Shown here: one piece after another, positions 36,010-47,000 of the stretch | How positions within the stretch are numbered: position 1 is the first letter of the stretch | Layout: each line of letters begins with the position of its first letter | Source of the DNA: Escherichia phage vB_EcoP_SP5M | Strand: one strand, 5' to 3' | Sequence record: NC_070869.1 | Length of the DNA stretch: 64,000 bases | The notes under the pieces: generated by a model | What the model saw: the letters and a program-made list of their open reading frames with translations, nothing else | Told to the model about the DNA's origin: nothing | Databases searched by the model: none | Made by a program: the position numbers and the translations under genes

Positions 36010-36086
36010 GTCCGCTTAGCTTAGACTGGGAAAGCAACCGACTAATAATCGGAAGGTCACTGGTTCAAATCCAGTAGTGGACACCA
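36010..36086 (+). tRNA. tRNA with apparent anticodon AAU (loop CTAATAA), CCA encoded
   Basis: Acceptor GTCCGCT/AGTGGAC; D-arm GCTT-AGACTGGGA-AAGC; anticodon stem ACCGA/TCGGA; T-arm ACTGG-TTCAAAT-CCAGT. Confidence 0.55.
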
Positions 36087-36318
36087 ATTCAGCAGTAACA
36101 TAGTCCTGATTGCATAGCACTCTAAAGACAACACTGGTAAGACAGTCCAGTGGCTGCTAATGTATTGTTATTCCCCTCGACGGGAATTTCGCTAGTGAAG
36201 GTAACACTTAAAAATCCAAACCTACGTCTTACTACTATCAGGCTATCAACCCATGGTCGCTTAACCCTATAGTGATAGTAGTTTGACGGCCTGCTTCGTT
36301 GACTGCGTTAAAGTCACT

Positions 36319-36358
36319 AAGTCCCCTGGAGCCGCCACTCTGGGGGACTTTTTTATTT
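36319..36358 (+). terminator. Rho-independent terminator closing the tRNA island
   Basis: AAGTCCCC ... GGGGACTT hairpin followed by TTTTTTATTT. Confidence 0.55.
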
Positions 36359-36525
36359 GAGAATTACTTATTGGACGATTCATATGATTGACCTAATCTT
36401 AACCCCATATGCCTATGAGGTAACGGATAACCGAGGACGTAAGTCTTTAGTATTTGCAGGTAGCGTAGCCTATAACAACGCAGTCATGTTTAAATACACA
36501 CTCAAACCACTCTATGAGGCTAATA

Positions 36526-36906
36526 ATGGCAACAGTAAGCAAAGAATCAATCGAAGCTAAGATTAAGAGCGTCTACTATTTCAATGGTGCTGATGCAGTG
36601 AAGTCTGCATTCGTTAACCCTTCTGCACTTCCGGCAGACGATTTGGCTAACCTGGGCCTGGTAACATACTGTGTTATCATCCTGGAAAATGGCTTTAAAG
36701 TTGAGGGTGTATCTGCCTGTGCTGATCCGTCCATCTATGATGAATGGAAAGGTCGTCAGTATGCATATGAAAATGCATTCAATAAGATCTGGGAATTGGA
36801 GGGTTACCTCCTACGTCAGGCGCTGCATGAGCAAGCCCAGAGCCAGGAAATGTTAAAGGGCTTCCTGGAAAATAATGAGTGTGAAGGTGGGGGTTGTAAA
36901 ATTTAA
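36526..36906 (+). CDS. Hypothetical protein (126 aa)
   Basis: ORF track 36514..36906 with Met after GAGG. Confidence 0.45.
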   Translation: MATVSKESIEAKIKSVYYFNGADAVKSAFVNPSALPADDLANLGLVTYCVIILENGFKVEGVSACADPSIYDEWKGRQYAYENAFNKIWELEGYLLRQALHEQAQSQEMLKGFLENNECEGGGCKI

Positions 36907-37154
36907 TGGATATAGACCCTAAAGTTGGGTTTGCTTCTGTTAAAGTTTTAGCTAAAAGCGGAAAAATTACTTCTGAGCCAGCTTACCATCATAAGTTCCC
37001 CATTGGGGAAACAGCAGATACAATCAATGTAAATAAGTTGGAAAAGGAATTACTTAGTATGGCTAAACACCATGTAAGCAAGCATCCCCCTACAGAGTAT
37101 GAAGCTAAGTTCGGATACTTCATTGAGTATACGAAAGGGCAATATTCTAAATAA
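36906..37154 (+). CDS. Hypothetical protein (82 aa)
   Basis: ORF track. Confidence 0.4.
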   Translation: MDIDPKVGFASVKVLAKSGKITSEPAYHHKFPIGETADTINVNKLEKELLSMAKHHVSKHPPTEYEAKFGYFIEYTKGQYSK

Positions 37155-37298
37155 AAGTTAGTGGTGGTTGCACCATTTAACAAACAAGTGTAAGGTAGTT
37201 TTTACCGAAAGGTACTGAACTACCCGACATGTGGTAAGGCTCTAGAAGCCAAAACAAAACAAGCCCTCCTAGTGAGGGCTTTATCATTTGAGGTAGTT

Positions 37299-37787
37299 AT
37301 GTCAGAAGAAATTAAAGTTCACTTCACCAATTACATTGGAACCAAGTGTGTAAATGGTTTCAAGATGAACAAAGAAACATATTGCAAACTTCGTGGATGG
37401 GATGTGCCTGCTAATGAAGACCCATTAGAAGTAGGTTACTTAGTAGAATACCCGGATTCTAAACCTAACCATGAGCAATTCCGTGGTTATATTAGCTGGT
37501 CACCGAGGGTTGCATTTGAAGCTGCATATTGTGATGTAGATAAGGGTTGTACTTTTGGTCACGTAGTAGAACTTATAAAACTAGGTCACAGACTGACCCG
37601 TAAAAGCTGGAATGGTAAGGGAATGTATATCACCCTAGTACCTGGTGAAAATTGGGCTATGGATAAACATGAGAATACCGTGTGTGAGAAACGGGATTGG
37701 TTGGGCATCAAAACTGTTGATGACCAGTTTATGCCTTGGGTTCCATCCCAATCGGATGTATTAGCTGAAGACTGGGTAATTCTGTAG
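37299..37787 (+). CDS. Two-domain protein with C-terminal DUF2829 (Tad2-like) domain
   Basis: RKSWNGKGMYITL ... MPWVPSQSDVLAEDWVIL matches remembered DUF2829 signature; start moved to Met after GAGG. Confidence 0.5.
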   Translation: MSEEIKVHFTNYIGTKCVNGFKMNKETYCKLRGWDVPANEDPLEVGYLVEYPDSKPNHEQFRGYISWSPRVAFEAAYCDVDKGCTFGHVVELIKLGHRLTRKSWNGKGMYITLVPGENWAMDKHENTVCEKRDWLGIKTVDDQFMPWVPSQSDVLAEDWVIL

Positions 37788-37796
37788 GAAACTATT

Positions 37797-38027
37797 ATGA
37801 CGCAAGTATCTATTACCTCTGTTGTTCGTGAAGCCATTCTCAACAATACTGTCCGTACATATTCATTCGATGAAATCGCAGAGAAGCTGGGAGTAACTCG
37901 TTACGTAGCTAAGAAACTTTACTTCACTTTCCTGTGGTTCCCTACGGAGGAAACATTACGGAAGATTAAAGAGACTGGTAAATTTCCAAGTGAAGGACGT
38001 AAGCCTAAAATGTGGAAAACACCCTGA
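37797..38027 (+). CDS. Hypothetical small protein
   Basis: ORF track; last + strand gene before the convergent terminator. Confidence 0.4.
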   Translation: MTQVSITSVVREAILNNTVRTYSFDEIAEKLGVTRYVAKKLYFTFLWFPTEETLRKIKETGKFPSEGRKPKMWKTP

Positions 38028-38038
38028 CTTCTAAAAGC

Positions 38039-38067
38039 AAAGCCCCTCATAGAGGGGCTTTTTTATT
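38039..38067. terminator. Bidirectional terminator at the convergence of + and - transcription units
   Basis: AAAGCCCCTC-ATA-GAGGGGCTTT hairpin with T-rich tracts on both sides. Confidence 0.65.
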
Positions 38068-41000
38068 TTAGTTTACTAAGTTCATCCAAGGGTTCAGGTT
38101 GTGAGCACGAAGCCCCTGACCAAAGCCCCATGAGTAATCCAGACTACCCTTAGCAGCAATGCTAAAGATGTTGTCCTGAATAGGTAAGCCAACGTTACCA
38201 AACATGGTAGGAGTTGGAGCCAGCATCGCCATTGCTGCATGTACTGGGTTGTTACGAATCATGGACACTGCAACTTTTGCTGAACGAATCTTAAAGTTGT
38301 AGAACCACATTAAACCAACACTTTCCATATACCCACGGAAGCGACCCGGCAGACGGTCATAGTTAACGAACTCTTCCGTTACACGTCCCAGTGCTTCTTC
38401 ACGAGTCTTACCTTTACGCTGGGTCAGTTCATCATAGATGATTGCTTTAGCGATAAAGTCAGAGTACTCAACAGTCTTCTGGATACCCTGGAACAAAGCA
38501 GTATCCTTAGTGATAAGTGCATAACGACCAGCAGTACGCACTGACTTAGGTAACTTATCAGCCAGCTTATCCATGTATTCGTGAAGTTTGCCCTCAGTAA
38601 TCAGGATGTCATCACGACCGATACCAGCATCCGCAATTGAAGAGAACTCACCAGCTTCTAACAGAGGCCAGATACTCATACGCTTATGGCTATCAGTAAT
38701 GGACTGAATCTCAGCCTTAAGTTTACGAATCTGGTTCGGGTTAGTAGCTGCACGTAATTCTGCTTCTGCATCTACCTGACGTAGACGAGATTTCAGGTAC
38801 TGATTAATCTCAGCAGTCTTCTGTGGAATGCTCTTAGCAATGTTCTTAACCGGTACGCCACGGGCAACCATCTGGTAAAGGTTAGCCAAGAAGTTAACAG
38901 CAGGTACGACTACTGACTTAACTACAATCAGAGTCTTAGCTTCTTTAACTAAGTTTTGAACCAGGTTCTCACCACCCATTGTGTACTTATATGCACGGTT
39001 ACCAAATACACCCAGCATAGCTTTCTTGAAGGTATCCAATGTTTCTGGGGACCAACGAGAATTACCAGACCAAGCATCCCCAACGGAAGCTGCACGATAA
39101 CCAAGTGCATCATTCAGCATGTCACGACGCACCCACAGTTCACCTTCACCGAATAAACTCTCTGCTTTCCGTCGAGTTTCACTGTTCATCAGCTTGAGAG
39201 CATCAGCAGTTACTGGGTCCAGTTTAGAACCAAGAAGATTCACATACTGGGACTTATTAGAGGCAGACATTTTAATGTCGTTCTCATACATGCTATGCAG
39301 GTTCTCAATCAGCATATCGTTGAAGCGTTGAGCCTTAGCTTCTTCCACCTGACGACCACGCCATACACCAATTGCACGGGCAAGATGGTTCTCACCTTCA
39401 ATGTGCTTCAGCATGTTAGGGTCAATGGATTGCTCATAGGCAACTACATTACCTTTATCGTCATATACTGGCAGCAGTGGTTCGTTGCCACGTTCACCAC
39501 GAGCCAGTGCTTTAGTGATACGGTCTACGGAAGGTTTGTCAGTAATACGACCAGCTACCATTGAACCTACCGTAAATCCTGTACCAAGATCTACACCACC
39601 AGCAGTATCACGAACGTTCTGTAGGATACCCTGTGAGAATGGAGCCTGTGCCTGTACTGGTGCAAAGTAGTAGCTACGTGCTGGACCACGGTTAGCAGAG
39701 CTACCTTGATAAGTACCAAGACGTACATAGGACTTCTCAATCAAATCACCAAACTGGCTATCTTCAGCAACAATCAGATTAACACCCTGTTTAGTCTCAC
39801 TAGGGATATGCCCTTTGTACTGGTTCAGAGTTGCACGTGGGTCAGACTTGGCTTTAGCCATTTCATCTTTACGCTGACCAACCAGATAAGAAGTAGCAAA
39901 GTCCATTCCATCAACTTCTGTCTGAGCCAGTGAAGATAACATTTCACGGTCAGACTTGTTCATTGCTTCCAGTGCATACAGGGTAATAAGTTTATCCAGT
40001 TGAGCTACATCTACAGTAGATCGAGCAGCCTGACGTTCACCCAGCATACGGGAGATTGCAGTAGCATTACGCAGTAGGTTATTACCAACTGTACCGTTAA
40101 TCATGTACTGAGCCAGTTGCTTAGATTTACGATTAATCAGGGGCCAGTTACGACCAGCTTGTTTCTGCAAATCTGCTTCCAGCTTATTCACTTCACGGTC
40201 AACAATCTTCTGGTCAGACAGCAGGTCACGGATTTCAGCCAGAGACATAGTATCCCGAAGAACAGCTAAGTCAGTTTTACCCATACCAGTGTGCATTGCT
40301 TTCCACTCATCATTAGTCAGCTTACGACTGAACTTAGATGCGATAGTGGTAGGCAGATGTTCACGGAATTGCTGTCGGTCTGCTTGTACCTGTGCACGAA
40401 CTGCTTTAATCAAATCGTATACAGAAGCATTGCTCTTAGTACGACCGGTTAAGTCATTAATTAAGTCATGAAAAGGTTGCCATACCTTACCCTGGTTCAT
40501 TGCTGCCATAACACCTTCAGCTACAATTGCACCATTCTTCTCTGTAGCAATAGCAGCTACCAGTTGTGCAGCATGAGCAGCACCTTTGACCAATGGGTTC
40601 TTAGTATTAGCTGCAACTTCACGAGCACTTTCTAAAGCACGAGTAGACAGTGCATCAATAGAATCCACCAGATACTGGTTAGCTCGGTCAATAGCATTAC
40701 CACTGGGAGTAGCAACGGAATCATAGAATGACTGTGCATTGAGGCTAGTCTGCATGATTGTCTGAGCCAGTGCATCCATACCTTCCTGTACGTTAGTAGC
40801 TTTGGTATCACCTGCTACACGGGCATTCAGGCTAGACATTGCAGCAGTACCAATGTTAGTCAGCATTGCATCAACGGTATTACCAGATTTCTTATCTGCT
40901 TTCATAACTGGAATGTTAGCCAGTACATTACGTACTTCTTCGCTAACCATTGCCAGACCAACAAAGGTAGGCAGTAAGGAAGAACGACCCTGTGCATCAA

Positions 41001-44000
41001 ACTCAATGTTGTTAGCACCCATGATTGTATCGAACTTCTGTTGAGCATAGTAACGGTCAGCAGGGTTAGTACTATCTGGGTCAGCCATGAATGCTTCAAC
41101 GGTCAGGTTCTTAGTAACGTGTGCATAGTATTCCTGTACACGAGAAAGAGCTGCCGGACTAATAGCAGCTTCGGTAGCCAGTGCAGCAACGATATTAGTG
41201 AACAGACGTTGCTCCTGCATATTCATAGTGAAGCCATGGGCCTGAACATCACGGGTTACTTTAGTTGCATTCACTACTGCATCAGAGAACTTACCTTTAC
41301 GAATTACTTGCTGTACTGGTTCAGAACCAATGTAGTTAGTAATCAGTTTATCAAAGGTCTGCCCCAACTCTTCCAGACGGGTATTGTCACCGTATGCCTT
41401 GTTATGGAACAAGGTAGTGTCCTTGGATACAGCAGCAGTAGGAGCCTGTCCACGCATAACCACAGAGGAGTTAAACAGTAAGCCAGAGAACATATCATCT
41501 GCATTAGCAGGTGCTTTCTTGCGACCAAATACCAGACGCTTGATTGCTTCATACACAGACTGAACCATAGCTTTCAGTGCTGTGGTCTTCTTCTGCTTAC
41601 CAATCAATTCACGGTTGGTTAAACCCCAAGCCATGTACTCATTCAGTGCAGCAGCTTTAGCCATTGCAGGTTCAATGAAGCCATTAGACAGGTGACCATT
41701 AATGGTAATAAGTGCATCAGCATATGCTTCACGTACTGCCGGAGATTCGTTCTTAACATCCAGAGTACGGAACTGGTTCATCAGGTCTTCAATATTCTGG
41801 ACTGCTTCATTATGAGTACCCTCGTAGTGAGCCAGTACAGATTCAAAAGTGGAAGCATGTACCAATTCATGAACCAGAGTCTCTAAGGAAGGGGTAACTA
41901 AGTAGATGGTCTTATCATCGAAGTTAGTCCAACCATACGCATTACCTGCTTCGGCAGCTTCAATATCTTCCGGTGCTGGACGGGTAATGTTCTTCTCAAT
42001 AGCATAAGCATCCAGTTGAGCAGGTGTACCGTAAACAACCTTGTAGTCTTTAGCAGCAAGAGATTTCTGTACTTCCTTCAATACTGCTTGCTGCTCAGGA
42101 GACATCTCTTTAGCCAGCTTAGTAATAGCAGTATTGGACAGCAGACGTACACCAGACTTAAGTACACGACCAACTTGTTCCATTGCTGGAATTTCTTTCA
42201 CTGGTTCTGCTTTAGCAGCACGTACTGCATCACGACGCTTGTTTAATTCAGCATCAAACAGTTCGTTCAACTTAGCTACTTGCTGGTCTACAGTCAGACC
42301 TTCCAGAGAGATTTTACCGTTATTCACATAAGGAGCACCTACAGCAGCCATCTGGTCAACAGTGGTCTGCACCTGGTTCATTACTTTGTGGCGAATATCT
42401 ACACCAAGAGCAATGTTACGCAGGTTACGTTCAATCTGTTCAGCACCTGCACGTAACAGGTCATCAGTAGCTCCCTCACGCTGGTCATATTCCAGAGCAG
42501 ATTTAGCGATAGCCTGTTTGGTTTCATCAGACAGTTTGCTGAAGTCTACATTCTTCATGAACTTAGCGTAGGAGTCATAAACATTCTTGATAGGGTTACC
42601 CTGCCAAGAAGTGTATACAGCCTCGTTAGCTTTGCGACTTGCATCAGTGATGTCACTGATACCAATGTTCATACCATCAAAGATTTTCAAGGTATTCTTT
42701 GGAGCACCTTTCATAGTAGAAAGGGTCTGCATCATCATGCCATCACCAGTACCGATGGTCATAAATGGAATACCTGCAACACCTGCCTGTGAAGGAGCAT
42801 AGATGCTCATTGGCACACGCATACGGTCATCTAAGTTGGTAGCCAGTACTTGGTTAGCAACATCAGTATTCTCACTACCAGCAATGTAGAAAGTCTGTGA
42901 GCCAGTCTCAATCATTGGAGCCAGTGGAGATAAAGATTCCTGGATTTCATTCAGTTCTTTCTGTGTTAAGAAATCACCCTTCTTCCAGGTTGAGTCTTTT
43001 TCTTTTTCTGCCAGCTTAGCCTGTACTGCTTGCTGGAACATATCCTGCAATACCAGAGACTGAATCTGGGTAGCCTTCTGCAAGTTCTCAGTAGAGTGCA
43101 TCAGACCTTCACCAACAGTATTACGGATACCAGTACGCATTGGTTCAACGAACAGGTAGAGCATGTTCTCTTGTAAGTTCTTCAGGGCATTACCGGATAC
43201 GGTAAATTTCTGAGGGTTTAACTTACCAGTCAGAGCACCATCTACTTGCTGAATAGACAACTCACCTTTACGCACAACTGGAACATTGCCAGTCAGTGCT
43301 TCCATAGAAGTAAGGAAAGTATCCAGCATAGCCTGAGCATCAGCCTCAGACGCAGCCTCCTTACCAAACATTGCCATAGCTGGGGAAATGCTAGGGTCAG
43401 CAGCCCGTGCTTGCAGAACGTCACTGAGGCGTTCATAGATGGTGTCAGTAATTGCACTAACCATCTTACCAGCAATACCACGAGCACCAGAACCATAGAT
43501 GGTAATGGTCAGTGGGTTTTTGGCGATACCACGTTTCAGGTCCAGAGTACCGTCTTCATTCAGGTTGAAGTCTTTAATGAACAAGTCCATTAACTTCTGA
43601 AGATGGTTCATCTGGCTCATAACTGGAACGTTGTTACGGTAAGTAGTACGTAACTCATTCAGGGCTTGTTGCAGACCATTGGTAGATGCTTCATACAGGT
43701 CAACACTGTCATCCTGTGAACGATGCTCGTTCATAGTCTTACCAGCTTTACCAAAGAACAAACCACCCTTAGCAGTATTCTTAATCCAGTCTGGAGTGAA
43801 CTTACCACCAGTCATTAATACCATTGCGTTGATTGGGCCGTTAGTTACACCATCAGCTTCAACGTACAGTGGAGTATTAAAGTTGGCACGGTCATCGCTG
43901 TTCAGGTAACGAGCATATTCCATCAGAGCCATGAGAGCCACGAAGGATTTGTCACCACCCAGAGAAGTCTTCAGGATATCTACTGCATCAGCAGGTAAGT

Positions 44001-47000
44001 GACCAGACTTATCGAACTCAACCATCATATCAACAGCTGGCTTCAGATTGCCTTCCAGAGCCTTGGTCAGCTTTTCAGACATAGCCTCACGGGACATGTT
44101 ATGTACCTTGATGCCCAATGCCTGAGCCAGTCCTAGCTGGAAGTCAGAGTACGCTTGGCTGTTTTCATTACTTAAGTCGATAGTAGAGAAGGTCGGCAGA
44201 ATTGCTTCACGAACCAGTTTACTGGATTGTGGGTTGTTCTTACCAAGCATCTGCATACGGCCTACACGAGTCATGTTGTAACTGTAGTGAATAGGAGTAT
44301 CCAGTCCATTCTCTTGTTCTCGTATCTGATTAATTACACCGAACAGAGAATCATATGCCATAGACACGGACAGGTTTTTACCTTCCAGAGATTTAGCAGT
44401 GTTCTCATTCAGTAAGTCAGGATTAAGAGTACCAGCACCCATCAGTTCCAGAATGTTGTCACGGCCTAATGCTTCATAGAAGTTAACCATCGGCATATGT
44501 ACACGGAACTCAGTAGCCTGTTCAGCTTTCAGAGCAGCTTTCTGCTCAGGGGTATTTTTAACAGCAGGATTACGTAACTGAGTTTGAGCCACGGAAGGAA
44601 TGTCATCACCGAAGTACATTTTCTCTTCCGGATTTACCAGCACAGCTTCCTCAATTGCTGTAGGGAAATCATTAATAGGGTCTTTATCTGCCAGCTTATT
44701 AATGGTGTACAGACCAACAGTCTTATTAGAGTCTGGGTCAATCTCAGACACATCCAGCATAGTCTCAGTAACTGCACCCATCTCAATGAGAGAAGACAGA
44801 ATCTCTGTAGCCATTGCCATTGGGATACCTTTTGTATATCCCAAAGGTGCATTAGGATTGCGATTTAAACCCCAGTAGGATTCAATCTTCTGAGCCAGTG
44901 AGCTAGTAGCTTCAACCAGAGTCTGGGCATTCTCAAACTCAGCCAGAATACTTTCTGGTAACAGAGATGCTTCTACACCAGTAATAGCAGCTACATCTTT
45001 CATATCTTTAATAGCAGCATTCTGTGTAGCAGTCAGTCGCCATTGCAGACCAGCAAGCACAGCAGTCTCTAACAACTGGTCATTGAACTTAAAGGTATCA
45101 CCATCTCGTTCAACGATATTCAGCAGTTTGCCACCTACCCAACGATTAGCCTCAGTACCTTCTGCAAAACGTTTACCAACATTTTTGTTAGCAAGGAACT
45201 TAGCCAGTCGTTCAGACAGAGTAGTCTTCAGAGTTTCCCCAAAGTCCATCAAGTCCTGATAACGTTTCATCACATCACTGGTGAGAGCGTTATTTTCTTT
45301 TTGAGTGAATGCTTCAAAGCGAGCAGCAGAAGACAGTGCTTGCTTAATATCAGTCAAAGGAGATTCAGAACCAATGGTACGGGACTTAGGTTCTTCTGGT
45401 AGGGTAAATGCTTTCAGGAACTGGTTCGGTGTCTTTTCATTGTTATAGACAGGGAACACTGTTTCCATTTCTGTTTTGGTTTCGACTACTTCCTGGGTAG
45501 CATCTACTGTTTCAGATTCAGTAGTAGAGACTTCTTCTGCTTTTGGACTAGTCTCCTTAGTAGGAGCAGTCTTATTTTCTACCACTGGTTTAGATTTAGG
45601 CTGTACAGTAGTAGTGTCCTCTTGCACTGGTGCAGGAGATTCATCAACCTGATTCACTGGTTCATTGGTCTGTTGGGATTGAGCAGCATCAAGACTGCCC
45701 TGACGGAACTCTTTAACTACCTGAGCAGCAGGCTTGTTCAGACGTGGATCCAACGAGGTAACTTTCACATGAGAAACATTAAGCTCCGGGTAAGCCGTAG
45801 CAAGTGCATTAGCAATATCAGCTACGGTTTTGGCCTCCAGTCCTACTTGCTGGGCAAACTTAACAGACTTGGTATCATAAGGATTGACACCGAGACCAGT
45901 ACGACTACGTACCCATTCACGGGAAGGCGAGAGAGCCTGATAATGAACAGACTTATTCTTATCCGCATTCCCAGAAATCAGATGCTCATTCAACGCTCCG
46001 ACCTTATTCTGCATGTGCTGGGCGAACTTCATAAAGTCGCTCAGATAAGCGGAGGCCAAATCGAAGTTACCAGAGTTATACGCAGAACGAATGCGTTTCG
46101 CATGTTGCAACGCAGAGTACTGTCCTTCGTTAGAACGAGACTCGTCGGTTTTAATCTGTTTACTAACAATGTCTTGAGGACGTAAGCCTAGTTCTTCTGC
46201 TTTAGCGTCGAACTCACGTGCACCCTGTAATAAGGCAGCAGCCGATTGCAGGGCAGCACGTTGACGATTCCCCAGTGTAATCTTACCTTCACTTGCATGT
46301 TTCAGAACCATGTTCACTGAATCTGCGTCCAGTACTTCTGGAGACACATCAGCAGCCATAGCAATGTTGTTTGCTTGGGCTTGGTTAGCTTCTTCAGTAG
46401 CTTTCAGCTTACCTGCTTCAGCCTGTTCCTGAATCATGGAATGGATAGCACGGAATGCACGGAGTACTTTAGGGGTATTCTGTACGTTAGCCATCAGACC
46501 GGAGAACTGGTCTACGATAGTAGCAGCAGGGGAACCTTGTTCCAGATTAGCCAGAGCACCTGGGTCACGGTTAATGAAGCTATCCATAGACATGATGTTG
46601 TCATACATCTGGATTGCAGCTTCCATTTGAACGTTAGGGTCTTCGGCAGTATTAACCAGGTCAGCCATCTTCTGAATAGCTTCTACACGGTTAGTGGAAC
46701 CAGAAACAGCTTCACGGATTACTGGGTTAGCTTGTTCCAATTCTACTGGGTCAAACTTCATTGCCTGAGTTAAGTCAGCAGCATACTGAGTAGCAGCAGC
46801 TTTCTCTTCTGGAGTGATATCCATTGCATCTACTGCTTCCTGTACAGTTGCTTGTGCTTGCTCTGCCTGAGCAGCAGCTTCCTGTGCAGCAGCGTTAACC
46901 GTAGCATCAGCTACAGGGGATGCTTGTTCATTACGCTTAGCAACTTCTTCACCACGTTGAACCAGGATGTTAGTAAGAGGAGATGCAGCTTTTGCTAATG

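Noticed and set aside
45622-46185. 187-aa + strand ORF inside the vRNAP gene (and other short + strand ORFs between 38.9 and 47.8 kb)
   Set aside because: All are antisense to the continuous 3449-aa vRNAP ORF and lack ribosome-binding sites; spurious.
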